From positions 1,054,001 to 1,118,000 of the forward strand of contig CAKKNE010000004.1 in assembly GCA_918797485.1 (NCBI GenBank): a stretch of 64,000 nucleotides of DNA. The letters run 5' to 3'. This DNA comes from Pelagomonas calceolata (taxonomy: Eukaryota). A model generated the notes under the pieces. It had not been told where the DNA came from. It saw only the letters and a list, made by a program, of their open reading frames with translations, and did no database searches. Position numbers and translations under genes: made by a program. Positions 38,038 to 49,507 of this stretch are shown one piece after another; within the stretch, counting starts at the first letter, position 1, and each line of letters starts with the position of its first letter.

Positions 38038-39033
38038 ATGAAGCTCGCCGTCGCCCTGCTCCTGGCCGCGGCCTCGACCGCCCAGGCCGACTACAGCCCG
38101 GCCGGTTGCGGCAATTTCTTAGCGCTCGGCTTCGATAGTCTAGATTTTGACCGGTACGATGAGTACTACAAGGCTGATTCGACCTTAACGTTGGCTCCGG
38201 TGGGCACGTTTCAAGGACCCGACGCTATCCGGGAGTACGTAAAGTTCCTCAGTCCTTTTTCACCGTTCCTTGATGATTTTGTGGAAAAGTACTCCGAATC
38301 CAATATCGACCCGTTCCGCTTCAATGCCGCAACCGGCACGTGCGTGTTCACGCGGGCTTTTCAGATCGAGTTCAAGTTGTCCGCCCCGGCGTCCCCGGGC
38401 CTCGAGGGCGAGGTCGCGATTTATTCTTTAGTCCAGTACGAGATCGATGGAAACTACGTCTCCAACGTCGAGGTCTACCTCCAGCCAGGCTGGTACGACT
38501 TTTACTTTGGCTCCGCCTTGAACACCGACGGTGTTCGCAAGTACATCTGTGACACGATGCGCGACTCGTGCCCCGCGACTTGGAAAGACAACGGGTACGA
38601 TTCGACGGGGCTCGCGACGTGCATCGACGACCTCGAGAGCCTGCCCATGTTAGATCCGCCGCCGTACTTCGACGGCAAGGGCCAGGCGTGCCGTATACTC
38701 CACGCCGACTTCGCGGCCGAAAACCCCGCTCACTGCGCGCACATCTCATTCAAGCCGGCGGAGGACCCCAAGGGCAACATCGTGTGCCAGGAATCGGCTC
38801 TGAATCCTGTTTTGATGGGCAGCCCTGGCTCGCCTTTCACGATGCAGGACAAGGCGACGTTCGACAAATTCATGAGCGACCGCGGGATCCCGGAAGCTGG
38901 CTACAAGCTGGATCCGACGGTCCCGTGCGGTTCAACCGAGGACTGCCCCGTGGGCCTGGTGTGCGATTACTCTGGCGGCCGCCGCCTCCGCTTCGGCACC
39001 GCCAAGACGGGCTTCTGCGTGCTCGCCGAGTAG
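38038..39033 (+). CDS. Secreted protein, NTF2/SnoaL-like N-terminus plus Cys-rich domain
   Basis: Signal peptide; GTFQGPDAIREY; CRILH...HCAHIS. Confidence 0.7.
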   Translation: MKLAVALLLAAASTAQADYSPAGCGNFLALGFDSLDFDRYDEYYKADSTLTLAPVGTFQGPDAIREYVKFLSPFSPFLDDFVEKYSESNIDPFRFNAATGTCVFTRAFQIEFKLSAPASPGLEGEVAIYSLVQYEIDGNYVSNVEVYLQPGWYDFYFGSALNTDGVRKYICDTMRDSCPATWKDNGYDSTGLATCIDDLESLPMLDPPPYFDGKGQACRILHADFAAENPAHCAHISFKPAEDPKGNIVCQESALNPVLMGSPGSPFTMQDKATFDKFMSDRGIPEAGYKLDPTVPCGSTEDCPVGLVCDYSGGRRLRFGTAKTGFCVLAE

Positions 39034-39120
39034 AGCAGCGAGCTGCAAGACACACATCCTCCCCCACACACGACGACGCCCACGCTCCCCCAAAGATATA
39101 CATAAAAAACAAAACTAGAA

Positions 39121-41082
39121 TTACACGCCCACCCGCGACCGCCCCTGCAGCGCGGCTAATAATCCCGCCGGCGCCGCGCGCGGCCGCGCCGGCCGTGTCA
39201 AGGGATCCGCCGCGTCGGGCCGCCAGCCCGCGTCGCACGCCTCGGACGGAAACAATCTCACAAAGTCCGGCAGGTGTTGATACGCGCTATTCCGCTTCTC
39301 CGCAGGAGTCAACGACCCCGACGCCTCCTTCGCGACCATCGCTACTAATTTTTCACGCACACTTTCGCGCCATGCTGCTTTCGCGCCGTCCCCGTCGTTC
39401 GCGAACTCCCGCGGCAGACACGCGTAGACCGCTCTGAGTTCGACGATGTCGAGCCCGGTCGGGGTATAGGTGCCTCGCAAGTCAGCAACGTGCGCCTTCC
39501 TTAATAATTCCGAAGGCGCCCGGACGGCTCGCAGCGCTTTCGCGGACCACACTCTCCGCGCAAGTGCCAGAGCCGGCTTGTCGTCTGACTGTAAAGCGTC
39601 GCAGATCCGCAGGCCCACGTCCTTCGCCGTACTCTTCAGAATGTCCGGCGGGACGAGAGAACGAGTCAACGCCAGCGCGTTGTTGTTCGCGGTTCTTTGT
39701 TCCGAGTCCCAATTCGCTCTAGCTTTCGCCTGTCGTATTTTGTGGTCGGGGTGGGCCCGGAGAGCGGCGTCCAGCCGCTCGAGCTCACTCTCCGCCGACG
39801 GATCTCCCTGGAGACATCGAGCTGTTGCTGCTCTTAATTCACTCTCGATGTCGTCGATCGACTGCTGCTGCTTCTCGGTGGGCTTCTTGACACGATTCAA
39901 TTCCGACCGCAAAGCCGCCACGGTCGCTTCTAATTCAGCAATGCGTTTCGAGGTGTTGACCTGGGCTTCGCTCGGCCGCGCATGCAAAGGCGACGTCGCC
40001 TCCTCGGGCGGCGGCGGCGGTTGTGCGCGTTGGAAGGGGTTCACCCGCTTCCTTGTGGGAGACTTCGGCGGGCCTTTCTGTTTGCGCTTGGCCGCTGCTG
40101 CTGCTAATGCTTCGGCGAGCGCCGACGGCGCGGCGGGTCTTCTGGACAGAGTGGGCGAGGACGGCGGCCTTGGTCTTCTAGCGACCTCGGCGGCGGCGGC
40201 GGCCGCGAGGGGGTGGACATTTGACACGGGTTTGCGTTTCGGCGGTGAGGATGGCGCGGCTCGCGGTTTGCGGCCGGCGGCCGCCGCCGCCGCGGCGAGC
40301 GACGCGGCCGGTGGTGGTGGCGGCGGCGGCGGCGGCGGCCGCGTTCCCGCGGGCGGCGCCTCGGACTCCGCCAGCGCCCTTGCCATCGCCTCGTCCTCGG
40401 ACTCGCGCCGCCGCCGCACGTCTTCATCCTCGGCCGCCAGCGACGCCGCGACGGCCGCGTCGAGGTCGTCTTCCGGCTCACTTTTCCCGAACCAGCGACC
40501 GAAGAAGCCCTTCTGTTGTTGTTGTTGCGGCGTCGATTCCTTCTTCGAGGCCTCGAGGGCGCGCTGGAGGTCGTCGTCGGCGTCCGGCGCCTTTCCTTCG
40601 TTGCGCGGCGTCGACTCGAGCGCGGACGCGGCCAGCGCCGCGGCGAGTTGCGCCTCGTCCTCTTCAGCCTGGCGACGACTCTCCGCCAGCGCCCGCTCCA
40701 GCTCGGGGTCCTCCTCCTGAGGTGCCGGCGCCGTCACGATCTCGAAGGCCGTCTCGCCATTCATATTTCGGACACCAAGTGGGGCGCCGGCCTCCAGCAA
40801 AGCACTCGTCACGTCGTGCAGTTGTCTCCTAACAGCCGCGTGGAGCATCGTGTCTCCATTGATGATGTCCGCCCCGTCGAAGGCCGGGTAGACGCGCTGG
40901 ATCGTGACATTTCCGAGCTTTAGTTGGTCATTGCTTCTTCGGAACGCGAGCGTCGCGGCGCCGAGGACCGCGGCGGACGCCGCGGCGCCGGCGTCTCCTG
41001 GTTTTGTGAGGGCTAAACAAGCGAGCTGGACGGCCTCCTGCTGCGTCGTGTCGCCCGCGGGGCTGGTCGCGGGGCTGGCCAT
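39121..41082 (-). CDS. Ankyrin + UIM-repeat + coiled-coil protein
   Basis: GDTMLHAAV ankyrin; DPELERALAES, DDDLQRALEAS, DEAMARALAES UIMs. Confidence 0.75.
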   Translation of the reverse strand: MASPATSPAGDTTQQEAVQLACLALTKPGDAGAAASAAVLGAATLAFRRSNDQLKLGNVTIQRVYPAFDGADIINGDTMLHAAVRRQLHDVTSALLEAGAPLGVRNMNGETAFEIVTAPAPQEEDPELERALAESRRQAEEDEAQLAAALAASALESTPRNEGKAPDADDDLQRALEASKKESTPQQQQQKGFFGRWFGKSEPEDDLDAAVAASLAAEDEDVRRRRESEDEAMARALAESEAPPAGTRPPPPPPPPPPAASLAAAAAAAGRKPRAAPSSPPKRKPVSNVHPLAAAAAAEVARRPRPPSSPTLSRRPAAPSALAEALAAAAAKRKQKGPPKSPTRKRVNPFQRAQPPPPPEEATSPLHARPSEAQVNTSKRIAELEATVAALRSELNRVKKPTEKQQQSIDDIESELRAATARCLQGDPSAESELERLDAALRAHPDHKIRQAKARANWDSEQRTANNNALALTRSLVPPDILKSTAKDVGLRICDALQSDDKPALALARRVWSAKALRAVRAPSELLRKAHVADLRGTYTPTGLDIVELRAVYACLPREFANDGDGAKAAWRESVREKLVAMVAKEASGSLTPAEKRNSAYQHLPDFVRLFPSEACDAGWRPDAADPLTRPARPRAAPAGLLAALQGRSRVGV

Positions 41083-41248
41083 CAGGATCTGAGAGCTGCT
41101 CTCTCTGTTTTAGAACACAGGCCTCCGGGAAGGCTTCCTGCGCTAGGGTCACTTTCGGTATGAACAATGTGAGTGTCTGCGTCCACACAGCGCGCCCGGG
41201 GGGCGCCTGGCACCGGCTTTTTGTCTTCCTAAAGCAGCTGTGATATTA

Positions 41249-41272
41249 GCTAGCGGCATGTAAGACACTAGC
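41249..41272. promoter_or_regulatory. GCTAG...CTAGC upstream motif in a divergent intergenic region
   Basis: Identical to 19198-19221. Confidence 0.7.
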
Positions 41273-41325
41273 AAAAAGCTTTTGCATCGCAGGGCTGCCC
41301 CCGAGCGAATTTGACCATATACAAG

Positions 41326-42468
41326 ATGATCCTCACGCAGTGCGCCGTCTGCGCCACCGACCTTGGGCTAACCTTGGGCAAGAAATGCGGCCGCTGCAGC
41401 ACACGCTACTGCGGGCCCGAATGCCAGAAAAAACACTGGGAAGAGGGCGGGCACGACAAACTCTGCAAACTGATAAAGAAATCAGGCGGCGCCGAGCAGT
41501 ACAACGCAAATAATAAGTACGCGGAGGCAGTGACAATCGCGGCGGAGGCGTGCGCCGAGGACACGAAGGGCCAGACGTGCTACATCTGCACGCAGGCCCT
41601 CCATTGGAAGACGAAGGAGGGCCTCGTGCGTGGATGCTCGTGCCGCGGGACGGCGGGCGTCGCGCACGTATCGTGCTTGGTGGAGCAGGCGAAGATTTTG
41701 GTCGCGGAGGCCGAGGAGAACAATTTGGGCCACGATGCGTTTAATGCGAGGTGGCGGCGGTGGTGCAGCTGTAGCTTGTGCGAGCAAGAGTACCACGGCG
41801 TCGTGAAGTGTGCGCTCGGGTGGGCTTGCTGGAAGACGTACTTGGGGCGGCCGGAGACGGACGAGGTTCAGGGCATGGCGATGAGCATGCTTGGGAACGG
41901 TTTATTCTTTGCTCATAACTACGAAGACGCGTTGTCCGTGTACGAGGCTATGTTGCATATGCTGCGGCGCCTTGGCGCAGCAGAAGAACACATTCTCATC
42001 GCGCAGAGCAGTCTCGCGAGCACGTATCGAGCGCTTGGGCGGAATGAAGATGCCTTACAGATGGATCGAGATATATATAGCGGACGTTTGAGGCTCAACG
42101 GCGAGGAAAATGGACATACCCTCCTTGCAGCCAACAACTACTCGACGTCCCTTATTGGCCTAAAGCGCTTCGAAGAAGCGAAGTCGCTGCTGCGCAGAAC
42201 GATGCCCGTGGCACGACGCGTCCTCGGGGATAATAATGACATGACGCTCAAGATGAGGGTGATTTACGCGGAGGCGCTCTACGAAGACGAGGGCGTGACG
42301 CTCGGCGATCTCCGCGAGGCCGTGACGACGCTCGAGGACGTGGGTCGGATCGCGCGGCGCGTGCTCGGTGGCGCGCATCCGCTCGCAGTGGGGATTGAGG
42401 ACGCCCTGGGAAACGCGCGAGCCGCACTCTCCGCCAGCGAAACGTCGCCGACGAGCAACAACGCCTAG
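41326..42468 (+). CDS. MYND zinc finger - RINGv - TPR family protein, copy 3
   Basis: Same architecture; starts MILTQ at 41326. Confidence 0.85.
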   Translation: MILTQCAVCATDLGLTLGKKCGRCSTRYCGPECQKKHWEEGGHDKLCKLIKKSGGAEQYNANNKYAEAVTIAAEACAEDTKGQTCYICTQALHWKTKEGLVRGCSCRGTAGVAHVSCLVEQAKILVAEAEENNLGHDAFNARWRRWCSCSLCEQEYHGVVKCALGWACWKTYLGRPETDEVQGMAMSMLGNGLFFAHNYEDALSVYEAMLHMLRRLGAAEEHILIAQSSLASTYRALGRNEDALQMDRDIYSGRLRLNGEENGHTLLAANNYSTSLIGLKRFEEAKSLLRRTMPVARRVLGDNNDMTLKMRVIYAEALYEDEGVTLGDLREAVTTLEDVGRIARRVLGGAHPLAVGIEDALGNARAALSASETSPTSNNA

Positions 42469-42500
42469 GCTCATAACCAAAGATGAATACATACAAGAAT

Positions 42501-44210
42501 TTACCCAAACGCCTCCGTTGCGAAGCGCCCCTCCCGCTCCAACCTCCGCAGCAGCGCCGCCGCCTTTTGCGAGCCACCACATCGCGGCGCGAGGCAGTCG
42601 CACAGCGCCAGCGCCACGTCGGCGGCCATTTTAGCATTTCCAGCGATATAGAAGCGGGCATTCCGATCCAGAATCCAATGAGCCACATCCGTGGCGCGCG
42701 CCCTCAAAGCTTTCGTCACGTACCGTCTCTGACTAGCGTCCGTATGTCTAGAGACCGAGACATCAACTTCCAATTTCGAAAGCCCCGCAAATTCATCGGC
42801 GTAGAGCCGATCCTTCGATTCATGGCGGCACCCGAAGAACAACAACATATCATTTCGAGGCTGAGACCGCGCGAAGGCTCTAGCGGGAGCGACGCCCGTC
42901 CCCGGCCCGACGAACACCAACGGGTCCTGTTCGATGGGCGAGAACTCGCCCCGGCGCACGCCTATCAGCAAAGTCCCTTCTCTCAGATCGCAAAGCCAGG
43001 ACGAACAAAGTCCATACACTTTCCGTCCTAAAGGCGTTTCTAGCAGCGCGCGCGCGACGCACAATTCAATTGTATCGGTAGAACACGACGCTATCGAGTA
43101 GTGCCGCGGGCGCAGCCTCGGACAGGCGTCGAGCAACGCTTCTAATGAAGGTGCACAGCGGTCGAAGTCGACCAACACATCAGCGACGCCGCGCCGTTCT
43201 GAACGGACGTAGTCGCGATACAGCGGGCCGCCTTGAACGGTGGCGAGCTCCTTGAGTTTTTGTCGCTGTTCCTTTGAGGTGTCGTCCTCACCAACCACGA
43301 ACAATGCCAGAATGCCCAGCGACCGCTGCGGGAGCGGCGTGGCTAGATCTAAGCACGTGGACAGCACGTCTTCGACGGTACCGTTGACCAATGAGGACGT
43401 CACCGGTGTTTGTAGTGAGATCGTCCTATCGTTTTTTTGGAGAGCGCGTAACACCGCTTGGACGTGGCGCGGGGCGTTCCTTGGTACTAAGACAGCAACG
43501 TCTCCCGGGGCGTAGGTCACAGAAGCGCTGAAGACGACGTGGCGCACCTCCTGCCACCAGTTTTCATCCGTGAGTCGTTGTGTTGTGGAGAGTGTCGCTT
43601 GTGCTATGGACGCGCAGCCCTCCTTCGCGAGCAGGCGCCGTTCGTACGCTTGTATTGTGGAACCTTCATCAACCATCTTTATGGTGACGGGCGGCGCGTA
43701 GTCCTCGACGCGGTCAGGAGCCTCGTCGCCGACGCGACCCTGCAAGGACGCCTCGAGGCTCTCCGAAATACCTAAAGCAGGAGACAGGCGGGCGAAGAAG
43801 CCCGGCAGCAGGCTCTCGGCGCCCTCGACGGTACACGCGTCTCCTAACGATCGTTCGCATAGCCGCGCGGCGCCGAGTTGCGCCAGACGCGCATCCAACC
43901 GCCTAGCGAACGCGTTGAACTTCGCGCCGTAGCGCGCGTCGCCGAGACCATATAAAGCATACCGCTTCCCGTCCAGGCGCGGGGCGCCCTTCCTTAACAG
44001 AGTGCTCCAGAACTTTTTGCCGTTCGAGGGCGGTGCTCCATCTCCCGCGGTCGCCGCGAAGATGATTGTTGTCGTTGATTCACTCGTGAGGGCGTCGAGC
44101 GGGACCGGGTCGCTCGTCGTGACGTTCCTCAGTCGCAGCCAGCTCCGGCAGCGCCACGCGAGGGCTTCTGCTCTACCCGTTTCACTTGCGTACGCGATGC
44201 GCACGTCCAT
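42501..44210 (-). CDS. NDOR1: NADPH-dependent diflavin oxidoreductase 1 (Tah18-like)
   Basis: YASETGRAE flavodoxin motif, GLGDARY..KFN, RHYSIAS, GLCSSWL, VGPGTGVAP, FFGCR. Confidence 0.85.
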   Translation of the reverse strand: MDVRIAYASETGRAEALAWRCRSWLRLRNVTTSDPVPLDALTSESTTTIIFAATAGDGAPPSNGKKFWSTLLRKGAPRLDGKRYALYGLGDARYGAKFNAFARRLDARLAQLGAARLCERSLGDACTVEGAESLLPGFFARLSPALGISESLEASLQGRVGDEAPDRVEDYAPPVTIKMVDEGSTIQAYERRLLAKEGCASIAQATLSTTQRLTDENWWQEVRHVVFSASVTYAPGDVAVLVPRNAPRHVQAVLRALQKNDRTISLQTPVTSSLVNGTVEDVLSTCLDLATPLPQRSLGILALFVVGEDDTSKEQRQKLKELATVQGGPLYRDYVRSERRGVADVLVDFDRCAPSLEALLDACPRLRPRHYSIASCSTDTIELCVARALLETPLGRKVYGLCSSWLCDLREGTLLIGVRRGEFSPIEQDPLVFVGPGTGVAPARAFARSQPRNDMLLFFGCRHESKDRLYADEFAGLSKLEVDVSVSRHTDASQRRYVTKALRARATDVAHWILDRNARFYIAGNAKMAADVALALCDCLAPRCGGSQKAAALLRRLEREGRFATEAFG

Positions 44211-44386
44211 GGTCGTGCTCTCTGTGTGAGTGCCTGCTGCAGAGAGCAGAGAGCACAAGTCACTTCGGAGCCGCGCGCCGCGTTCGATCTATGCGCAGTC
44301 TCTGCGAGGTTTCAAGCTCCACAGAGCTCCGGCAGTGAAGTCTGCTGTGGAGCGTGGCGCGCAAAAAACTGCGCATGCCGCGCTTT

Positions 44387-44409
44387 GCTAGTGTCTTACG
44401 GGCGCTATC
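44387..44409. promoter_or_regulatory. GCTAG motif variant
   Basis: GCTAGTGTCTTACGGGCGCTATC upstream of NDOR1. Confidence 0.6.
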
Positions 44410-44491
44410 ACATTTCCGCGCGGAGCCCTTTAAGCCGCGCGGGACGCCGTCGACGCGACTCGGGGAAAAGGGGACACTTAGGCGGATCAAT

Positions 44492-45494
44492 CTAGAGCGC
44501 GCGCAGCAGCTCGCTCACCTCCGCGGCCGACGCCAAATTTGATGGAGGTGATTCCACAACAACTCTTTGATCAGGCACGGGCTGCTCCCACGACGGCCGG
44601 CGCGGCGGATCTTTTGACGTAAACTTTGAAAAATCAAACAGCGTGTCCCGGGCAAAGTCCATGAGCTCGCCGTTCGGTTCGTACTCGTCCGTCTGATCGA
44701 GCAGCGCCTGGATCGCGGCCACGCCCTCGAAGAACTCGTCCCCCGAGCCCTTGAGCCTGTGTGGAAATCAAATTGCGATGCTGCTCGATGGCGTGGCAAC
44801 GCCGGTTCCTCACCACTCGACAGAGCCAGGCACCCGGCGCACTGGTTGATTTCCACACAGCTTTGAGCTTCTTCGCGGCCCGGTCGGCCGCGAGGTACGC
44901 GTCCGCCAGGAAGCGCTTCGGGAACCCTTCCGGTGATTGAGTTCGCTTCTTCGACACGATCGGTTCGTCGTCGTCACTCGAGGAGGACGAGGCGTCGAGG
45001 TCCACCTCTAAGCGACTGAGGGCCATGCGTACCAATCTCAAATCGTGCTGCGCGTGGCGCTCTCTACTACCAATCTTGGCCAGCTCGTGGTCGTTCTCTG
45101 GAACAATTGAGAGCTTCTTTCTCAGGAAGATGTCCGCATCTCGAGCGACGGCCGCTCGTAACAGGGCGAGGCGCCTCCTGATCCTGTCGGTGTGCGGATC
45201 GCGCGGCCGCGATTCGAGGCCTCGGAGCAACGCGTCGCGGCGCGCCTCCAGCGCCTCGGCCCTGTGGAGCGCTTCGGCCGCCGCGTCCTTCCAGGGCGCG
45301 GTCGCGGCGCCATCTACTAATTCAGAGAGGACCGCGGCGCCGGCCGCCGGCGGAATGGGTACTTCGGCCTGTTCTAAAGTGTCAGTGAGGACGGGCTCCG
45401 TCGTGGCGTAGGGGTCGACGGGCGTGACGGGCGGCGGCGGCGCGTGGCGGGGCATGCGGACGTAAGGACGGCCGTCGCAGTCCAAATCAGACAT
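44492..45494 (-). CDS. Hypothetical coiled-coil protein; 2 exons
   Basis: Exons 45494-44869 and 44756-44492 join in frame after removing the introner. Confidence 0.65.
44757..44868 (-). mobile_element. Introner (element 44757-44860, perfect 15-bp TIR, TSD CCTTGAGC/CTTTGAGC, GC donor)
   Basis: CTGTGTGGAAATCAA ... TTGATTTCCACACAG. Confidence 0.9.
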
Positions 45495-45813
45495 GGTGGG
45501 TGTCTCGCGCGCGAAGCGTTCTTTTTGATGGGGGCTGCTGGCTGGGGGCGCTGCGGGCTTTTTGCTGCTCGCTGCTCTCTCGGGGCTGCTGATTTGCTGT
45601 CGCTTTCGCTCCGTAATTGCGAGTTCGGTGTTGGATGTGCAGGGGACCACAAATCCAATCGAATCGAGACTCGGGCGCCGCGCGAGGACGCCTCCCGCTC
45701 GGCCCAGATAACAGTCCGGCGCCCGCGATGGAGCGCTTCCGGCACGCCGTCGATGCCGACGGACGCGTCTCGCGTGTGCCGGCACGCCGTCGCCGCGAGT
45801 ACACAGTCAATCC

Positions 45814-46686
45814 TTACCCGGTCCGCCGCACGGACGGCAGCACGCCCTTCTCTCGAAGGGCATTTTCAACAGCACTCGCGACGCCGTCGAGCGCCGCCGG
45901 GAAGCGCGCGACAATTGTATGTTGGTCGGGCGACGGGTGCGGCGGCGCCAACACCACGATGCCCGCGCTTTCCATGGAGACGCCACAGGCCGCCGCGAAG
46001 GTTCCGGCATCATCATGTAAACACTCGACCTTGCCCCCGATGCGCTTCCGCCGCTTTGCCGCTTGTGCCGCGGTAGGAAACACCGCGACGACGCGGCCGA
46101 CCTTTCTCGGTAACCTATCGTGCAAGGCGCGCGCCGCGGCGTCGACGCCGTCGACCGCGCCCACGACCTGTGTGCGTCGATGACGGTGTCATTCCTCGGC
46201 GACGATACACGGTAGAAAAGTTGATTCGTGCGCGCTGCCACCTACCAGGATCAGCGACCGCGCCGGCCCGTCCATGTCGAGCCAGGCGTCGTCCGCGGTG
46301 TACGGACCGCCGTCCGAACCACGCAGCGCGTCCCACGCCGCGACGGCGACGCTCCTCTCATTCGTGATGGCCGCCTTCGACACGTCCTCGACGACGGCCG
46401 CCCGGCCCTTGTCTCGCCAGTGGGCGTCGGGCACGAGCTCTGCTGCGGCATCAAACGCGGCGATTTCCGCCTCCCAGGTCGTTTCGTCTTTTACGGGTGG
46501 CTCTACCGGGGCGTCCTTGTCTCTCCACAAGCGCGCGAACTGCTCCTGTTTTGAGCTGCCGAGGCCGCCGGCGGAGTAGTCGCGCTTCTTGGCCCCGAGT
46601 TGCGACGGGTGGCGCGGCACTGGCGGGTGCAGCAGTGCTGTAGTAGTGCTGAGGATGCAGGATGCCAGCATTGCTGCTTTGAACAT
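45814..46686 (-). CDS. Hypothetical protein with plastid-type leader; 2 exons
   Basis: GT-AG intron 46168-46245 joins ORFs 46189..46686 and 45814..46164 in frame. Confidence 0.65.
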
Positions 46687-47076
46687 GGTGCTCTGCTGCT
46701 CAAAGCTTGTGAAAGATGAATTTTCAGAGCAATGCGTCCGGCGTATACCTTGGTGCCGTCGTTGCGGCCAGCGTCGAGTTGTCTTGCCACAGAGCTAGCG
46801 TCGTAGACACACGAGGCCTCGCGGCGCCCGCTCGTAAAACAAACTCCTGCGCTGCGCATCGCGCGAGCCAGGTGCAGGCGCAACTAGTTTCCAGCTCTCG
46901 CCGACCGCGCTTTCACAAATTCGGACGCGCGCCGGCCAGCTCGCTCGGGCGCCGAAGGACCCGCTGCGAAGTCCGCGAGCGCCGCCACGCCGCGCGCCAG
47001 CCGCGCCGTCTGCGAGCGCCGCCGCGCCGAGCGCTAGCCGCCAGCCGCCGCGCCAGCCGCCGCCGCAACCACAACC

Positions 47077-48022
47077 ATGTTCCGCAGCCAATACGACACC
47101 GATGTCACGGTGTGGAGCCCCCAGGGCCGCCTCCTCCAGGTCGAGTACGCCATGGAGGCCGTCAAGCAGGGCTCCGCGTGCTTAGGGTTGGTCGGCAAGG
47201 ATGGGGTGGTCTTAGCTGCCTTAAAAAGGCAGCCGAACGAGCTGAGCGGTCACCAGAAAAAACTTCTCAAGATCGACGACCACTTAGTCATTGCGGTCGC
47301 TGGTTTAAATGCCGACGCGAGGACTTTGGCGAAAGTCATGAGGACGGAGTGCCTCAATCATAGATATGTGTATGGCGCCCCGCTCCAAGGCGCCCGACTC
47401 GTACAGGACATCGCGGACAAGTACCAGCGGTGCACGCAGACTTATGTCAGAAGACCCTATGGCGTCGGGTTGTTGGTGGCGTGCTGCGACGCGACGGGGC
47501 CGCACTTGTACGAGACGTGTCCGTCGGGCAATTTCAGCGAGTTTGTCGCCGTCGCGATTGGCGCTCGAGCCCAGTCGGCCAAAACTTACTTAGAGAAGCA
47601 CCACAAGACCTTCAAGGACACGCCGGTCGAGGAGCTGTGTACTCATGCTCTCCAAGCACTGGCCTGTGTGGAAATCAACCGGTGTGCCGCTATCTCGACA
47701 CCGCGGCCCTCGTTTTGGCTCAAACTCGGACACGACCTCCGAGACCCACGCGACCGTATCCAGAGAGCAGCACCTCACTCCCACCCCGAGAGACCCCGAA
47801 TCGAAGGGCGCTTGAAGTTTTATTTCCCCACAGGCATTGGCCGGTTGCGTCGCTGGCGACAAGGAACTCGACGCGGCGGCCGCGTCCCTAGCCGTCGTGA
47901 CTGCCGATGGGCAGTCGCGCTTGATTGAGGACGCGGAGGTGCAGAAGTACCTCGACCTGGTGGAAGTGGAGAAGACGGCCGCCCAAACGGAGGGCATGGA
48001 GCTCGAGGGGGCGTCGGCCTAG
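47077..48022 (+). CDS. PSMA1: 20S proteasome subunit alpha type-1 (alpha6); 2 exons
   Basis: MFRSQYDTDVTVWSPQGRLLQVEYAMEAVKQGS; exons 47077-47655 and 47834-48022. Confidence 0.95.
47656..47833 (+). mobile_element. Introner (element 47664-47833, TSD GCACTGGC/GCATTGGC, GC donor)
   Basis: Begins CTGTGTGGAAATCAACC, ends ATTTCCCCACAG; removal restores frame. Confidence 0.88.
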
Positions 48023-48402
48023 GTCCATCCGCGTAAGGGGCTTATTCTATCTCTCTCGTCGATGGCGTCTAGGCTCTCGCGTTGGGGGCCAGGGCTCCGC
48101 TCACCTCGGGCTCTGGGCAAAAATAGGAACGCAGCAAGCCAGCGCCGAGCCGATCATAATCGATTAAAGCCAAAACAGCATCGATTGCTCTACAACGTTG
48201 CATGCGGCGTCCACAATACGTCTTCTCCCGACGCTCCAAATTTTGTCGCGAGCGCGTACCGCTATGACGAGATAGTCGACGAAACTCGACAAGAATTGAT
48301 AAAAAATCGCGCGCACGCCGCCGCCGCCAGGCTCGGCGAGCGCGATCCCTTCCCTCATTCTTCCTATCTACTAAGACGATCGGAATCTACAGTATGCACA
48401 AC

Positions 48403-49083
48403 TTACATGCCGAACGGCGCCCGGTCCGTCAAGTCCCCCTGGACGGCGCGCGCCTCGTCGAGCAACGGCAGGCCCGCGTTCGCCGGGTTCGCGATCGCGA
48501 CGACGGGAACGCCCGCCGCGAGGGCACTCTGTAGCCCTGAGGGCGAGTCCTCGACGGCGACGCACTCCGCCGGCGCGACGGCGAAATGCTCGCAGGCCGT
48601 CAGGTATGGGTCGGGCGCGGGCTTATGCGCAACGTCGTCGTCACCGGCCACAATGTAGTCGACCTCGACGCCCCAGCGCTCGAGGCACGCCGAGACGTAC
48701 GCGCGCAGGCCGGACGTGACGACGGCGACGGGGATCGCCGCCTCCCGCAGCGCCTTCAAGAGCTCGAGGCCGCCTCTGGTCGGAGCGACGTCGGCTAAAA
48801 AAGCGTCGGAGACGACGCGCTGGCGTAAATCTTCGATCACCGCCGCGGGCGGCTCGTCGACGCCGAGCAGGTGGCACACGATCCACTCCGTGTTGCGGCC
48901 GACGCACTCGCTGTCCCAGCGCGCGCTGTCGCAGGCCACGCCCGTCGCCGCGACGAAGCGCTTGCGGTGCGCCTCTTCCGACTGCGCGAGGGAGCCGTCG
49001 AAGTCGAAGAGGACGGCTCGTGGCTTTCCCATCTGTCTCGTCGCGGCGGGGTGGAGACACATCAGGAGCAACGCGATGCGCAT
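48403..49083 (-). CDS. HAD-superfamily hydrolase (CbbY/beta-PGM-like)
   Basis: FDFDGSL, AVVTSG, KPAPDPY, VEDSPSG. Confidence 0.88.
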   Translation of the reverse strand: MRIALLLMCLHPAATRQMGKPRAVLFDFDGSLAQSEEAHRKRFVAATGVACDSARWDSECVGRNTEWIVCHLLGVDEPPAAVIEDLRQRVVSDAFLADVAPTRGGLELLKALREAAIPVAVVTSGLRAYVSACLERWGVEVDYIVAGDDDVAHKPAPDPYLTACEHFAVAPAECVAVEDSPSGLQSALAAGVPVVAIANPANAGLPLLDEARAVQGDLTDRAPFGM

Positions 49084-49507
49084 CAACAGCGTCGCGACGA
49101 TGGCGTGCAGGCAATGCTGGGCTCTGTGGAGCGCTTTTTGAGCTGTGCACCGCGCGAGCAACCGCACAATTGTGGGAATGCGGTGAGAGTACTGCCACCT
49201 AGCTCCTCGAAAAGTGACAGCTGGAGAGGAGGGCTGTGCACGGCGTACGAAGGCCTGCGAGATCACGCACGTCGACGCTCTCACAAGGCGGGTTTTGCGG
49301 AATTTTCGGAACCGTTCGGATGCGTCAAATGCCGTCCCCACCCCGTCGAAGACGAGCTATCCAGGTCGCGCAGCCGCAACCCACTAGCTCGGGCGAGGGC
49401 TCAAACACAACCGACTCCGCAGCGCCCACGAAGGCACAGGCGCAGAGGCAGCCCCCGCCCGTCGACGCGACGTGAACGCCGCAGGAGGCTGCCCGCGAAG
49501 GCAGCCA

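Noticed and set aside
39470..40720. 416-aa + strand ORF
   Set aside because: Antisense shadow of the UIM-repeat gene; the same applies to most Arg/Ala-rich ORFs in the track
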